Below are positions 10,959 to 26,099 of a DNA stretch of 64,000 nt, one piece after another. The position numbers and the translations under genes are program-made. Position 1 is the stretch's first letter, and every line of letters starts with the position of its first letter. Source of the stretch: Lingula anatina (Eukaryota; Animalia; Brachiopoda); NCBI GenBank assembly GCA_051362555.1, contig JBPQGU010000016.1:2356001-2420000 (forward strand), given 5' to 3'. The notes below the pieces were generated by a model. The model was given only the letters and a program-made list of their open reading frames with translations. It was not told where the DNA came from and made no database searches.

Positions 10959-13900
10959 TCACTGTTGTTGTTGTTGTTGTTGTTCTAAGAGGGCCTTCAT
11001 TCGTTCCTTCCAGGCTAAGTACGTCAGGCCCTCTGCGTTGTCAGGGCAGTATGTATGGCCACGGTAGCCGCTATGACCCGCCTGGATGTTGCGTGGTTTT
11101 CCACATTTCTTACAGTTGTTTGTTTTTCTGGTCCTCTTAGCCACAACCGGAGCTGGTGTAGTTGACTGTGGAAGTGGTTGGGACCAGGGTGGAAAACCTG
11201 GTATTGGGGTCATCACCGTGGGTGCGAAGGTGGTCCACTGGGCGGGTGCTGGTGCCAACTGGTGCGGCAGAATGCCAGGTGGAAAAAATCCAACAGGTTG
11301 TGGGACCACGACCACTTGTTTGGACTGTGTCTCTGTTGCGCGGGCTGGCTTCATCTTCTTCTTCTTCTTCTTCTTCCCATCTCTTCTCAGCACCGCAGTG
11401 CCTGTGGTGTCTTTAGGCAGGTGGTACTGGTGCGGTGTTCCAGAGGGCACTGGCAGCCGCGGTAGCAGCTGCCTGGCAGCAGGCAGCGGTGTTGTTGCTG
11501 TTGCAGGAGGAGCGGGCAGGGACATCCCCTGTAGAAGGGAGGCCCTGTACTGCTCATCTGTAGTCCTGTTGTGCCTATGGAAGAAAAGAAAAAAAAAGAA
11601 TAATCAGGAAATAATCTTTAAATATTCTTAAAATCTGAAAGAAAATAAAAAATAAAAACTGAAATGAAATTGGAAAAAAAAAAAAAAAAAGCACTAGCAA
11701 TATCATTGTATCAGTTTAATTGGTGACTTTTCAGGAATCTAATTTAAGTGAGGAATTAACATTTTACAATGTTGCTGTGACAGTCGAGTCAGTTGAGAAA
11801 TTACCATGTATGTAGTGTCCTCATGTTTATGGAGAAGAGCTGGAGGGTTGTTTTTTCCATCACACGGGCGTTGTTGAAAAGGAGCCTGGTGATCCTCTCA
11901 TAGTCCCGCATGATGACTCCCCACGGGTGTTGTCTTTTGCCTCCCTTCCACGGAGCATCATGGGCCTCCATTAGTTGCATTATGACGGCCTCCACTACCC
12001 TGGATTCGGAAGGCTCACGCGCAGGGGTGCCAGTCCCCAGCATGCACCTGAAAGTACAAAGGAAAAACTTAATTTTTTCTTGTATTATTATTATTATTAT
12101 TATTATTATTTGGTCTATTTCATGCCAATATCTTCTGAAAAATAAGTGTTAATACAATCTTAGCTGAAAAAAAAAAAAAAAAAAACTTACTTCTTGACAC
12201 TCTCCACCCCAGGAGTGATGGTGTTCTTGGAAGAGGCAAATCGCCCCTTTGTGTGCCTCCTCTTGAAGTGTGGAGTGTAACGGAGGCGTTGTTTGTCCAT
12301 TTCTGGCAACGCCTCCCAGTGGTGGATTATCTTCTCCACATCTTCGGTTAGGAGGCACTCCCTCTCGATGGTACGTAGGGAGACGAGTACAGAAGCCAGC
12401 TTCGTTACGGCATCATAACCGGGGATATGATGTCTGTCCACTGACTCTGAAGTCTCATCTACCTTGGGTGTTGGTTCTTCAAGGGGCACCTCTTCTGGAA
12501 AGTAAAAAAAAAATATGCCGATATAATGAGGGGGGAGGGGAAAAAAGAAATATCACCTGAAAAAAAAAAAAAATAAATAAAATAACCTTGTGTGAACAGA
12601 ACAGGGCAACTGACTTGCATAGCTACATATCTGGAATTAACATATAAAGAAAAATAATAATAATAATAAAGAAATAATAATAATAATTACAATAGTAATA
12701 ATCTAAAAATTTACCTTCTCTGGGTGGAGAGGTATTGGTTGCCTCTGTCACGGAGGAGGTGTGTGGTCTGGGAGGGATGTGGAATACAGGGTCCTCGTCA
12801 GCATCTGCAATTGTGGGATCACAGTCTTCAGAGAACCCCTCATCATCAGCATCTTCCTCCACTGTCTCGACAACCTCCTCCTCGGGTGCATCTGGGTCCA
12901 GTTTTACAGGTTCTAGGGCCTTTCCCGTCTGATCGAGCAGGTACTCGCACCCTAGAAGCTCACCTGGAAGTAAAGAGAGAAATGAGAGAATTATTAGTAG
13001 CAGGCCTCATTTTTTTTTTCATGTATTTATTTATTTATTTATTTATTTATTTTTTCCAAAAATAATTTCTTGGCTGCAATTACATCTAAACTAATTATAT
13101 TCCTATAAATTACACGAAACCTAAATCACTTTAATTACCAGTGTATTTCCTGGGGACCACAGCATTTGGCACGATGGTATTGCCAAGCACCCGTTCTCCA
13201 GATGGTTCACTGCCTGGACGAGCTGTCCATCATAGCAGCGAAGTTCGGTGTCCCATTGTCAATTGCGGCCAGCGCACGATCCTGGTTCCACCGAACAATT
13301 CCTTCCAGGATGTAGGCTTGGAAATTTGTGGCAGAGGCACTTTGTCCTGTTAAAAACAAGAAAAAAGGGAGAAAATTAGCTGCAAGTGTTCAATAACCAC
13401 AAATTTTCAACAAAAATGTTAAGTTTAATTTAACAAGTACCAATGCATCAAAATTAAGTCAGTCTAAAGTGATTTTAAATCTACTTTCAGGTAACCAAGC
13501 AGTCTGTCGGTGTGTGTGGTTGTGCTTACCGGGAATGAATCTAACAATATGAGAATGGAAGCTCTCCAGGGAAACTGAGCCCCTCGCACACCTGTAGACC
13601 TTCAGCTCCTTCCCGCCCTTCCTCAGAGTTCCAGTCTGGGTGTACAGAGAGACCCCTTCGACGTCCTGGAGGCATGGTATGTGGCGCTGTTGAGAGGCCC
13701 ACATGTCTTGCACTCTCTCGTGATCAAGGAGAGGTACTCCTAGCGCGTCGCACCCCTGATCACTGTCCAGCGTGTCGACCAGCGACTGCAAGAGACGAGT
13801 GGTTTCAGCTACACCGCGGGTGCGGCGACGGCAGTGTTTCTCTAACTCCTTGCGCGAGATGTGCTGCATGATGTTGTCTGGGCTGACGCCAGCGCCCTGT

Positions 13901-14380
13901 AGTTGTAGTTGGCCCAGCTTGGCATCTCGAAGTGCTGCCAGATCATCTGCGTCCCACTCAAAAATGCAGGCAGACAACTTCTTCATGAAGACGGCGTATA
14001 GTGGGTGGCTTTCCGTGGTGACACAGGAGGCGAACCTGCGCATGAAGTGCCACACGTCCAGTCGCACCACCAGATGGGGCCAGCCAGCAAACAGCTTCTT
14101 GACATTGCAGGGACCGGAGGTGGAGCAGCAGTCCCTGTCAACATACATCACCTTGGGTGGAGGCTGTTCACTGAGCTGGTACCGCCTCACGAGGCCCTGG
14201 GCCATCTTGGTCAGGCCAGCTCCCTCCTGAGCAGTGAGTACTGAGGTCAGTACCTGGCCGTGTTCATTGCCCACGTTGGTGCACCAGGCAGCTGAGCCTG
14301 CAGCCTCTCCTGCCAGCTTTTTGGCTACCTGAAAAACGGAGGGGGGAAATATGACACTTAATACATTTTCTTAAAGAAAT

Positions 14381-14412
<32 letters not shown>

Positions 14413-17400
14413 TTTGTTGTTTTGTTTTCAAAACTGTTCACTGTACAAAGTTTAAGAGAGCAAATCAGAACAAAAACTGTACATAACCTTTTTGGTGAGT
14501 CCATCTTCAAGACGGATCCAAAGGTGGAGGTCACCTTGGCTTTGATCTCATCAAGCCTCAACAACACGTCACGGACCAGCACAGTTTGTAGCCATGCTGG
14601 CCCCGGGAGTCTTTCAAAGGGTAACGGCTGAAGAGGACTTGTTCTCTGCACAAGGGATGAGCTGGCAAACTTGTCTACAACTGAGAGGAAATTGGCTACC
14701 CTGCTTAGCCAATCCCTGGTGTGCTGCTCACACAGTTGCTTACTCAGCCGAGTAGTGCTGTTCCCAAGAGATCGCTCTCTCAGGAGAGAAACTACCCGGG
14801 TAGAGCAAGAGTACCTGCAACAAAGAATCAAGAACAGAATAAGTTATAAATGTAAAGACAGAGTTATTTTGTCCGCTGAAATAGATTTTCAAATGAACTG
14901 ATATTAAATGCAAGAATTCCATAAATTAAAAAAAGAAAAAAAAAGAAAAGTTTTGAAATTACCTGTATGTGAGCAGTGCTGGAAATTTCCCCCTTGTCGC
15001 CACGTCCAGCTGTTGGAGGATTTCCCCACTCCAACCCGCATACTTCTTGTGACAGGCGCCGCACTCCAGGTACTCAGTGCCCATGTAAAAGTAGCCATCG
15101 ATGTCAAGGACGCGGCGGACAGTCTTGAAGAAACCGCAGGATGTTAACTGGCGACCCTTGCATGATGGCACAGAGCAAGACAGCTGAGCCCTGAACATGC
15201 GGCGTGGCATCCAGAGGAAGAAGGGGTGGGTGAAGAAAGGCCCTGCTGTTCTAGGGGGCTGGGCGTGGACCAGTCTGGGTGATGGTGGGTGCCACCACAG
15301 CTGCAGCTCTTGCTTCAGTTGGCCCCGGCGGGTGGTAAACAAGGCACGGGAAACCCACTGTGCTTTCATGTGGTGGCAGGCTGGCCTTCCATGACAGAGG
15401 GATCAGATCAGTGTCATCCACGGGCACTGGAACAAGTGAAGAGCAATAAGTACAAAATAATAGAGGGGGAAACCTGAAATAAAAGAAAATCATGAACATA
15501 TATCACACTTTACAAGAGCTGACATACTTTCTCATTACTTTTAAAATTACTCATTCTTACTTATCATGTATCTTCTGCATTGGAGGTTATTAAAAGTAAC
15601 AGATTAATCACTGCTTGGACTTTGTTTACTTTATGGTCAATAGTTATCATTTAAATACATCCTCATATCTTTAACCTTATCACCCACAAACAAAAAAAAG
15701 TTATTGCATGTTCAGCTCTTTTATGCTAATCTACAGGCAATACAAACACCAACCACCTCACAGTAAGGAACCCACAGTAATGCAGAAAAAAAAAAAAAAG
15801 GAAAGCGAAAAAGCGAAAAAGAAAACAAAACCAAAGTGCTGCTGCTGCTGCTGTGCTGTCACCTTCCAAAACATATAAAAAGAAAACACACACCACATGC
15901 TACAAGTGTCAGTGAATAAGCCACGTGTGCATTAATAATAAATAAAACAATAAAACTCTGAAAGCTTGATTTCAAACTCACCAACACCTGTCCTCCAAAG
16001 ACTGTGAAAAGAAAACAGGTACAAGAACAATAGAACACTCTTAATGTTTTACATTCTGTTTTACACTATTTTCTTTCATTACACTTTGCGCGATTAATTT
16101 TATAAAAAATCTTAAAATTCACAATCTAAGCTGTGCAGATTTTCATGAAGGAATTCTTCTTGTCATCATCACCTTGGCAGGAGGGCTGGGGCGGTATGTG
16201 ATATGTCACAGACAAAACACTTAATGTAAGGTCAGCAGCTAGGAGTTAACTTTTTGCTCACTGAAAATTGACTGGTTAATTTCCAAATTGAATTGACTGG
16301 TTAATTTCCAAATTGAATCCCAGCTGTGACCTCAAATTGTTCATGGAAAAGAAACAAAAAGTCTTTACCTGAATCTGGCAGGGAGCTCTGCCTTTTGGTC
16401 TCCTGTTGGGGTATGGTGTCAGGAGCGGCAGCTGTACTGGTGCCAGCACCAGCTGAGGCAGGGACAGGTAGCTCTGGGCGTTCCAAGTCGCTCACTTCCT
16501 CAGGGTCTACGGCTGTCGCTTTAAATGAACAAAATTAGAATATACTGAAGTAAAAGTGGCAACAACTGTAAAAAGATGTTAGAAAGCTACTCTTAAAACA
16601 AGGGTCCTTACGTCAATGAAATTACCATGAATTACATTTACCTCTGGTGGTGGGTTTAGGTTTCTTGGCAACGGCGGTGTTGGTGCTGTCTGGGGCAGGA
16701 AGGGGGGCGTCCACCACTTCCACATCCTCAGACTTGGGCAGGGTCGCCGTTGCTGGAAAAAAAAAAAAATGAATAACGGAATAAATACACTGATACAGAA
16801 GCACACATCAACTATTAAATTTGAAAAAAAAAAAAAAAAATGTGTGTAATAATACATGTGTCATTTACCTCTTCTTGATTTCTTAAGATTGGGTGTTGGC
16901 CCTGGGGGACCAAGCTGTCTCTTCACTCCAGCTTTGAGCCCTGCTGGTGACAGATGACTGCCGACCATGAGGCTCTGAAGTGAGCTGGAGGATACTGGGA
17001 CAGGCTTGGCAGGTGGTGTGGGTTTTGCCTGCCTCTCCTTGGTCTTGGCAGCAATAGCCTCCCGACCCTGGGGGAACAGCTCAAGGTACTCCTATGTGAA
17101 GTCAATAAAGGTGATTAAGACAGGTACCCTGACAATAAAGGCATTGTCCAATTGAAATGAATGTTAATTACTATCATCTCTTTCAATAATGGAAACTAGT
17201 ACAACTGATTTATATTACTGTGTGTGCTAAGATACAAACAATGCGTTGTACCTTTCCTGGGAGGTGACCTTCAGTCCGACTAGTTTGTGTTACAAGACCA
17301 CTTTAACAATACTAGATATCAGTGACTTGAGGACAGATATGTCAGATACTTAAACTATGATGTTTGTCTGTATCCACAGTAACTGAATACTTGAAGTATT

Positions 17401-18198
17401 ATTCACCACAAACCAGTATAACACCAATGAAAGACTTATAAAAGACATGGGGAGGGGGGGGGGGGGGGTGCAGACAACTAACCTTACACCATGGGGCATT
17501 ACTTTCAATCTTTCAATACCTTACACATTACATATAGTAAGGCAATCAAAAAAGATTTAAAAGGAAAGATTTTACCTTGAGCTTGTATTTGTTCACACCC
17601 AGCGGGCCGGGGTGTGGAGTCTCCCTGCTCAGACTCTCTGCCAAGTAGGCGGCATACCCCAGGGAGTTCTCGACCAGCCACCGGAAGGTCTGCCCCCGGT
17701 ATTTTCCAAACTGCAGCCTGTGATGCCCCAGAAGGTGTTTCTTGTCGGTGACATCCAGGCCGAGCTGGATGACTGCAGACCTGGCCTCCTCCGCAACCTT
17801 CTCCGGTGGTTTGGCAGCGGCGGTGAGGGAGGCAGTGGCTGCAGAAGCAGCAGCCCTCCTCGCGGCGTTACTCTCACCGAGCGTCAGTGCTCCATCCGAC
17901 CTCCTCCTGAACACTGGGTCGCTTGATCTGGTCGAGGGGAGTGGCGTTTTCGGTTCATCTGCAAAGAAATCCAGACATGTCATGTCGAGCACCCACCCAC
18001 GTGGATTTTTCCCGCGAAAAGGTAATTATTGCGATAAAAGCGGAAAGGTGCAACTGGTTGCGCCGACTGATACGTCGGCGTGCTCGGTACTACTTGAGCT
18101 TTTCATCGGTGTCGGTGTTTAAATTATCTAGTCCGTTTAAAGCGAGCAACGGGCAGGTGAATCGCTGAGTCGAGAGAAAACTTACCTCTTGTCGCCAT
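10959..18198 (-). CDS. Dada-type transposase, copy 2 (several 1-bp indels, possibly errors)
   Basis: Indels near 13198, 13253, 14485-14497 and 15365 relative to the other copies. Confidence 0.75.
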
Positions 18199-18393
18199 GT
18201 TGAATAGCTTGTGCTTGACGACTCCTGTACCACGTGACCTCTTTTCTGCGGCCGTAATTCGCTGATTTCGCCTACGTCATCGCTGATTTTCGACCAGATC
18301 GCTGATTTTGGGTTTGTGATTGGTTGGAATCGCTGATTTGAGGAAAATCAGCGATGACGTATGCATGAGTCGTCATGTGATTCGGGGTCACTC

Positions 18394-18448
18394 TACAGAG
18401 AAGCTACGCATGTCCCCTGCGCAAAGGAACCCACTCAATCTTCTCTGT
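18394..18448 (+). other. Unit junction (U6 mimic / GCGCAA / inverted repeat)
   Basis: Identical to 382-436. Confidence 0.92.
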
Positions 18449-19332
18449 CGGCCCAGCGCAAAAAAGAAAAAAAGAAAAAGGCAAAAAATGCGAAAATTAC
18501 GCCAAAAATCCCGGGGCGGATGGGGCAATTTCGGCGCGCAACTTGGCACCAGATGCGTTTCAAGCCCCAAAAACGATTAAAAACGTTAGTGCGCACCTGG
18601 AATGTTTGCCGTGGCCGGGTGAATGGTTCCCCCCTAAAGAAAGGACCCCACGCCTAGTTCCTGTAAACATTGCGGTTTGTTGTGGTCACATGACCGTGTC
18701 ACAGTAGCCGACGGCCAAATGACCGTTAACATCGTCAAAAAAGGCCCTTCTCCTGCTCCTGCAGTTGAGAAATGTGCTACAAAGTAGCAAATTGACAAAC
18801 GCAAACAAAACACAGCATCAAAATACAGAACGAAAGTGCCCGGCGTTATAACGAAAGTGCATAACGAAAGTGCATGTGTATGCAAATGCAAATCGCCAAA
18901 AACGGGCCAAACTTGCGCCCTCTAGGAGTTAAGTAGGAGTTAAGACCCAGATCTTGGCTGAATAGCGTCGCCTAATGCGTTTGCATGCTAAAAAAACGTA
19001 AATAACCTTGGTTGTGACAGATTGCTACAGTTGAGATCGTGGTGGGGAAAGAAGGGGAGGGGGGGGAATACAGAAACGTGCTCTGCATTCTACTTTCAAT
19101 TTACTTGTACTGTTCATCAAAATTAAATTAAATGTACAAATTCCGTTTTATTTTCAGTTTACTGTTTTTTTAAAATCAATATACAAATTGAAACAAAGAA
19201 TGCAGGTTGTATATGAATCAAATTTATTGAACCTCAATGCAGATAGCAGTTTTTTTCTGCGTTGTAGTTGCATAAATGATTGAAATAAGTCAGTGATTTT
19301 TTTTTTAATATATATATATATATATAAATAGA

Positions 19333-19775
19333 TGATAGTCCAGCTGTCTTGTTGTTTTTGCATCACAGTTGCATTGAATAAGTAGGTGATAGTCCAGCTA
19401 TCTTGGAACAAATTATTGCACAGTTGTTTTTGCATCGCAGTTGCATTGAATAAGTAGGTGATAGTCCAGCTATCTTGGAACAAATTATTGCAGAGTTGTT
19501 TTTGCATCGCAGTTGCATTGAATAAGTAGGTGATAGTCCAGCTATCTTGGAACAAATTATTGCACAGTTGTTATTGCATCGCAGTTGCATTGAATAAGTA
19601 GGTGATAGTCCAGCTATCTTGGAACAAATTATTGCACAGTTGTTTTTGCATCGCAGTTGCATTGAATAAGTAGGTGATAGTCCAGCTATCTTGGAACAAA
19701 TTATTGCACAGTTGTTTTTGCATTGCAGTTGCATTGAATAAATAAGAGATAGTCCAGCTATCCTTGAATAAGTGA
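19333..19775. repeat. 72-bp minisatellite (copy 3)
   Basis: Same array. Confidence 0.93.
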
Positions 19776-19962
19776 ATTGCCAGCTAACCAAGCTATTGCA
19801 CACTTCCCTTGCATTGTTTGTTGCATTAATGACAGTCCAGCTGTCTGTGTATAAATATATGATGACAGTCCAGCTGTCTTTGTATAATTAAATAAAAAAT
19901 GACACTCCAGCTGTCGAGAATAATGTCATTTTGGGAAGACACAGTCCTTATTTATACTGCCC

Positions 19963-22900
19963 TCACTGTTGTTGTTGTTGTTGTTGTTCTAAGAGGGCCT
20001 TCATTCGTTCCTTCCAGGCTAAGTACGTCAGGCCCTCTGCGTTGTCAGGGCAGTATGTATTGGCCACGGTAGCCGCTATGACCCGCCTGGATGTTGCGTG
20101 GTTTTCCACATTTCTTACAGTTGTTTGTTTTTCTGGTCCTCTTAGCCACAACCGGAGCTGGTGTAGTTGACTGTGGAAGTGGTTGGGACCAGGGTGGAAA
20201 ACCTGGTATTGGGGGTCATCACCGTGGGTGCGAAGGTGGTCCACTGGGCGGGTGCTGGTGCCAACTGGTGCGGCAGAATGCCAGGTGGAAAAAATCCAAC
20301 AGGTTGTGGGACCACGACCACTTGTTTGGACTGTGTCTCTGTTGCGCGGGCTGGCTTCATCTTCTTCTTCTTCTTCTTCTTCCCATCTCTTCTCAGCACC
20401 GCAGTGCCTGTGGTGTCTTTAGGCAGGTGGTACTGGTGCGGTGTTCCAGAGGGCACTGGCAGCCGCGGTAGCAGCTGCCTGGCAGCAGGCAGCGGTGTTG
20501 TTGCTGTTGCAGGAGGAGCGGGCAGGGACATCCCCTGTAGAAGGGAGGCCCTGTACTGCTCATCTGTAGTCCTGTTGTGCCTATGGAAGAAAAGAAAAAA
20601 AAAGAATAATCAGGAAATAATCTTTAAATATTCTTAAATCTGAAAGAAAATAAAAAATAAAAACTGAAATGAAATTGGAAAAAAAAAAAAAAAAAAGCAC
20701 TAGCAATATCATTGTATCAGTTTAATTGGTGACTTTTCAGGAATCTAATTTAAGTGAGGAATTAACATTTTACAATGTTGCTGTGACAGTCGAGTCAGTT
20801 GAGAAATTACCATGTATGTAGTGTCCTCATGTTTATGGAGAAGAGCTGGAGGGTTGTTTTTTCCATCACACGGGCGTTGTTGAAAAGGAGCCTGGTGATC
20901 CTCTCATAGTCCCGCATGATGACTCCCCACGGGTGTTGTCTTTTGCCTCCCTTCCACGGAGCATCATGGGCCTCCATTAGTTGCATTATGACGGCCTCCA
21001 CTACCCTGGATTCGGAAGGCTCACGCGCAGGGGTGCCAGTCCCCAGCATGCACCTGAAAGTACAAAGGAAAAACTTAATTTTTTCTTGTATTATTATTAT
21101 TATTATTATTATTATTTGGTCTATTTCATGCCAATATCTTCTGAAAAATAAGTGTTAATACAATCTTAGCTGAAAAAAAAAAAAAAAAAAACTTACTTCT
21201 TGACACTCTCCACCCCAGGAGTGATGGTGTTCTTGGAAGAGGCAAATCGCCCCTTTGTGTGCCTCCTCTTGAAGTGTGGAGTGTAACGGAGGCGTTGTTT
21301 GTCCATTTCTGGCAACGCCTCCCAGTGGTGGATTATCTTCTCCACATCTTCGGTTAGGAGGCACTCCCTCTCGATGGTACGTAGGGAGACGAGTACAGAA
21401 GCCAGCTTCGTTACGGCATCATAACCGGGGATATGATGTCTGTCCACTGACTCTGAAGTCTCATCTACCTTGGGTGTTGGTTCTTCAAGGGGCACCTCTT
21501 CTGGAAAGTAAAAAAAAAATATGCCGATATAATGAGGGGGGAGGGGAAAAAAGAAATATCACCTGAAAAAAAAAAAAAATAAATAAAATAACCTTGTGTG
21601 AACAGAACAGGGCAACTGACTTGCATAGCTACATATCTGGAATTAACATATAAAGAAAAATAATAATAATAATAAAGAAATAATAATAATAATTACAATA
21701 GTAATAATCTAAAAATTTACCTTCTCTGGGTGGAGAGGTATTGGTTGCCTCTGTCACGGAGGAGGTGTGTGGTCTGGGAGGGATGTGGAATACAGGGTCC
21801 TCGTCAGCATCTGCAATTGTGGGATCACAGTCTTCAGAGAACCCCTCATCATCAGCATCTTCCTCCACTGTCTCGACAACCTCCTCCTCGGGTGCATCTG
21901 GGTCCAGTTTTACAGGTTCTAGGGCCTTTCCCGTCTGATCGAGCAGGTACTCGCACCCTAGAAGCTCACCTGGAAGTAAAGAGAGAAATGAGAGAATTAT
22001 TAGTAGCAGGCCTCATTTTTTTTTTCATGTATTTATTTATTTATTTATTTATTTATTTTTTCCAAAAATAATTTCTTGGCTGCAATTACATCTAAACTAA
22101 TTATATTCCTATAAATTACACGAAACCTAAATCACTTTAATTACCAGTGTATTTCCTGGGGACCACAGCATTTGGCACGATGGTATTGCCAAGCACCCGT
22201 TCTCCCAGATGGTTCACTGCCTGGACGAGCTGTCCATCATAGCAGCGAAGTTCGGTGTCCCCATTGTCAATTGCGGCCAGCGCACGATCCTGGTTCCACC
22301 GAACAATTCCTTCCAGGATGTAGGCTTGGAAATTTGTGGCAGAGGCACTTTGTCCTGTTAAAAACAAGAAAAAAGGGAGAAAATTAGCTGCAAGTGTTCA
22401 ATAACCACAAATTTTCAACAAAAATGTTAAGTTTAATTTAACAAGTACCAATGCATCAAAATTAAGTCAGTCTAAAGTGATTTTAAATCTACTTTCAGGT
22501 AACCAAGCAGTCTGTCGGTGTGTGTGGTTGTGCTTACCGGGAATGAATCTAACAATATGAGAATGGAAGCTCTCCAGGGAAACTGAGCCCCTCGCACACC
22601 TGTAGACCTTCAGCTCCTTCCCGCCCTTCCTCAGAGTTCCAGTCTGGGTGTACAGAGAGGACCCCTTCGACGTCCTGGAGGCATGGTATGTGGCGCTGTT
22701 GAGAGGCCCACATGTCTTGCACTCTCTCGTGATCAAGGAGAGGTACTCCTAGCGCGTCGCACCCCTGATCACTGTCCAGCGTGTCGACCAGCGACTGCAA
22801 GAGACGAGTGGTTTCAGCTACACCGCGGGTGCGGCGACGGCAGTGTTTCTCTAACTCCTTGCGCGAGATGTGCTGCATGATGTTGTCTGGGCTGACGCCA

Positions 22901-23390
22901 GCGCCCTGTAGTTGTAGTTGGCCCAGCTTGGCATCTCGAAGTGCTGCCAGATCATCTGCGTCCCACTCAAAAATGCAGGCAGACAACTTCTTCATGAAGA
23001 CGGCGTATAGTGGGTGGCTTTCCGTGGTGACACAGGAGGCGAACCTGCGCATGAAGTGCCACACGTCCAGTCGCACCACCAGATGGGGCCAGCCAGCAAA
23101 CAGCTTCTTGACATTGCAGGGACCGGAGGTGGAGCAGCAGTCCCTGTCAACATACATCACCTTGGGTGGAGGCTGTTCACTGAGCTGGTACCGCCTCACG
23201 AGGCCCTGGGCCATCTTGGTCAGGCCAGCTCCCTCCTGAGCAGTGAGTACTGAGGTCAGTACCTGGCCGTGTTCATTGCCCACGTTGGTGCACCAGGCAG
23301 CTGAGCCTGCAGCCTCTCCTGCCAGCTTTTTGGCTACCTGAAAAACGGAGGGGGGAAATATGACACTTAATACATTTTCTTAAAGAAATT

Positions 23391-23422
<32 letters not shown>

Positions 23423-26099
23423 TTTGTTGTTTTGTTTTCAAAACTGTTCACTGTACAAAGTTTAAGAGAGCAAATCAGAACAAAAACTGTACATACCTTT
23501 TTGGTGGAGTCCATCTTCAAGACGGATCCAAAGGTGGAGGTCACCTTGGCTTTGATCTCATCAAGCCTCAACAACACGTCACGGACCAGCACAGTTTGTA
23601 GCCATGCTGGCCCCGGGAGTCTTTCAAAGGGTAACGGCTGAAGAGGACTTGTTCTCTGCACAAGGGATGAGCTGGCAAACTTGTCTACAACTGAGAGGAA
23701 ATTGGCTACCCTGCTTAGCCAATCCCTGGTGTGCTGCTCACACAGTTGCTTACTCAGCCGAGTAGTGCTGTTCCCAAGAGATCGCTCTCTCAGGAGAGAA
23801 ACTACCCGGGTAGAGCAAGAGTACCTGCAACAAAGAATCAAGAACAGAATAAGTTATAAATGTAAAGACAGAGTTATTTTGTCCGCTGAAATAGATTTTC
23901 AAATGAACTGATATTAAATGCAAGAATTCCATAAATTAAAAAAAGAAAAAAAAAGAAAAGTTTTGAAATTACCTGTATGTGAGCAGTGCTGGAAATTTCC
24001 CCCTTGTCGCCACGTCCAGCTGTTGGAGGATTTCCCCACTCCAACCCGCATACTTCTTGTGACAGGCGCCGCACTCCAGGTACTCAGTGCCCATGTAAAA
24101 GTAGCCATCGATGTCAAGGACGCGGCGGACAGTCTTGAAGAAACCGCAGGATGTTAACTGGCGACCCTTGCATGATGGCACAGAGCAAGACAGCTGAGCC
24201 CTGAACATGCGGCGTGGCATCCAGAGGAAGAAGGGGTGGGTGAAGAAAGGCCCTGCTGTTCTAGGGGGCTGGGCGTGGACCAGTCTGGGTGATGGTGGGT
24301 GCCACCACAGCTGCAGCTCTTGCTTCAGTTGGCCCCGGCGGGTGGTAAACAAGGCACGGGAAACCCACTGTGCTTCATGTGGTGGCAGGCTGGCCTTCCA
24401 TGACAGAGGGATCAGATCAGTGTCATCCACGGGCACTGGAACAAGTGAAGAGCAATAAGTACAAAATAATAGAGGGGGAAACCTGAAATAAAAGAAAATC
24501 ATGAACATATATCACACTTTACAAGAGCTGACATACTTTCTCATTACTTTTAAAATTACTCATTCTTACTTATCATGTATCTTCTGCATTGGAGGTTATT
24601 AAAAGTAACAGATTAATCACTGCTTGGACTTTGTTTACTTTATGGTCAATAGTTATCATTTAAATACATCCTCATATCTTTAACCTTATCACCCACAAAC
24701 AAAAAAAAGTTATTGCATGTTCAGCTCTTTTATGCTAATCTACAGGCAATACAAACACCAACCACCTCACAGTAAGGAACCCACAGTAATGCAGAAAAAA
24801 AAAAAAGGAAAGCGAAAAAGCGAAAAAGAAAACAAAACCAAAGTGCTGCTGCTGCTGCTGTGCTGTCACCTTCCAAAACATATAAAAAGAAAACACACAC
24901 CACATGCTACAAGTGTCAGTGAATAAGCCACGTGTGCATTAATAATAAATAAAACAATAAAACTCTGAAAGCTTGATTTCAAACTCACCAACACCTGTCC
25001 TCCAAAGACTGTGAAAAGAAAACAGGTACAAGAACAATAGAACACTCTTAATGTTTTACATTCTGTTTTACACTATTTTCTTTCATTACACTTTGCGCGA
25101 TTAATTTTATAAAAAATCTTAAAATTCACAATCTAAGCTGTGCAGATTTTCATGAAGGAATTCTTCTTGTCATCATCACCTTGGCAGGAGGGCTGGGGCG
25201 GTATGTGATATGTCACAGACAAAACACTTAATGTAAGGTCAGCAGCTAGGAGTTAACTTTTTGCTCACTGAAAATTGACTGGTTAATTTCCAAATTGAAT
25301 TGACTGGTTAATTTCCAAATTGAATCCCAGCTGTGACCTCAAATTGTTCATGGAAAAGAAACAAAAAGTCTTTACCTGAATCTGGCAGGGAGCTCTGCCT
25401 TTTGGTCTCCTGTTGGGGTATGGTGTCAGGAGCGGCAGCTGTACTGGTGCCAGCACCAGCTGAGGCAGGGACAGGTAGCTCTGGGCGTTCCAAGTCGCTC
25501 ACTTCCTCAGGGTCTACGGCTGTCGCTTTAAATGAACAAAATTAGAATATACTGAAGTAAAAGTGGCAACAACTGTAAAAAGATGTTAGAAAGCTACTCT
25601 TAAAACAAGGGTCCTTACGTCAATGAAATTACCATGAATTACATTTACCTCTGGTGGTGGGTTTAGGTTTCTTGGCAACGGCGGTGTTGGTGCTGTCTGG
25701 GGCAGGAAGGGGGGCGTCCACCACTTCCACATCCTCAGACTTGGGCAGGGTCGCCGTTGCTGGAAAAAAAAAAAAATGAATAACGGAATAAATACACTGA
25801 TACAGAAGCACACATCAACTATTAAATTTGAAAAAAAAAAAAAAAAAATGTGTGTAATAATACATGTGTCATTTACCTCTTCTTGATTTCTTAAGATTGG
25901 GTGTTGGCCCTGGGGGACCAAGCTGTCTCTTCACTCCAGCTTTGAGCCCTGCTGGTGACAGATGACTGCCGACCATGAGGCTCTGAAGTGAGCTGGAGGA
26001 TACTGGGACAGGCTTGGCAGGTGGTGTGGGTTTTGCCTGCCTCTCCTTGGTCTTGGCAGCAATAGCCTCCCGACCCTGGGGGAACAGCTCAAGGTACTC
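19963..26099 (-). pseudogene. 5'-truncated transposase (exons 3-13), copy 3
   Basis: Exons 1-2 removed by the inversion; 1-bp insertions near 20060, 20211 and 22659. Confidence 0.8.

Larger units (their letters stand above)
9420..18418 (-). mobile_element. Dada-U6-like DNA transposon, full-length copy 2
   Basis: Same structure; flanked by GCGCAA at 9414-9419 and 18419-18424. Confidence 0.9.
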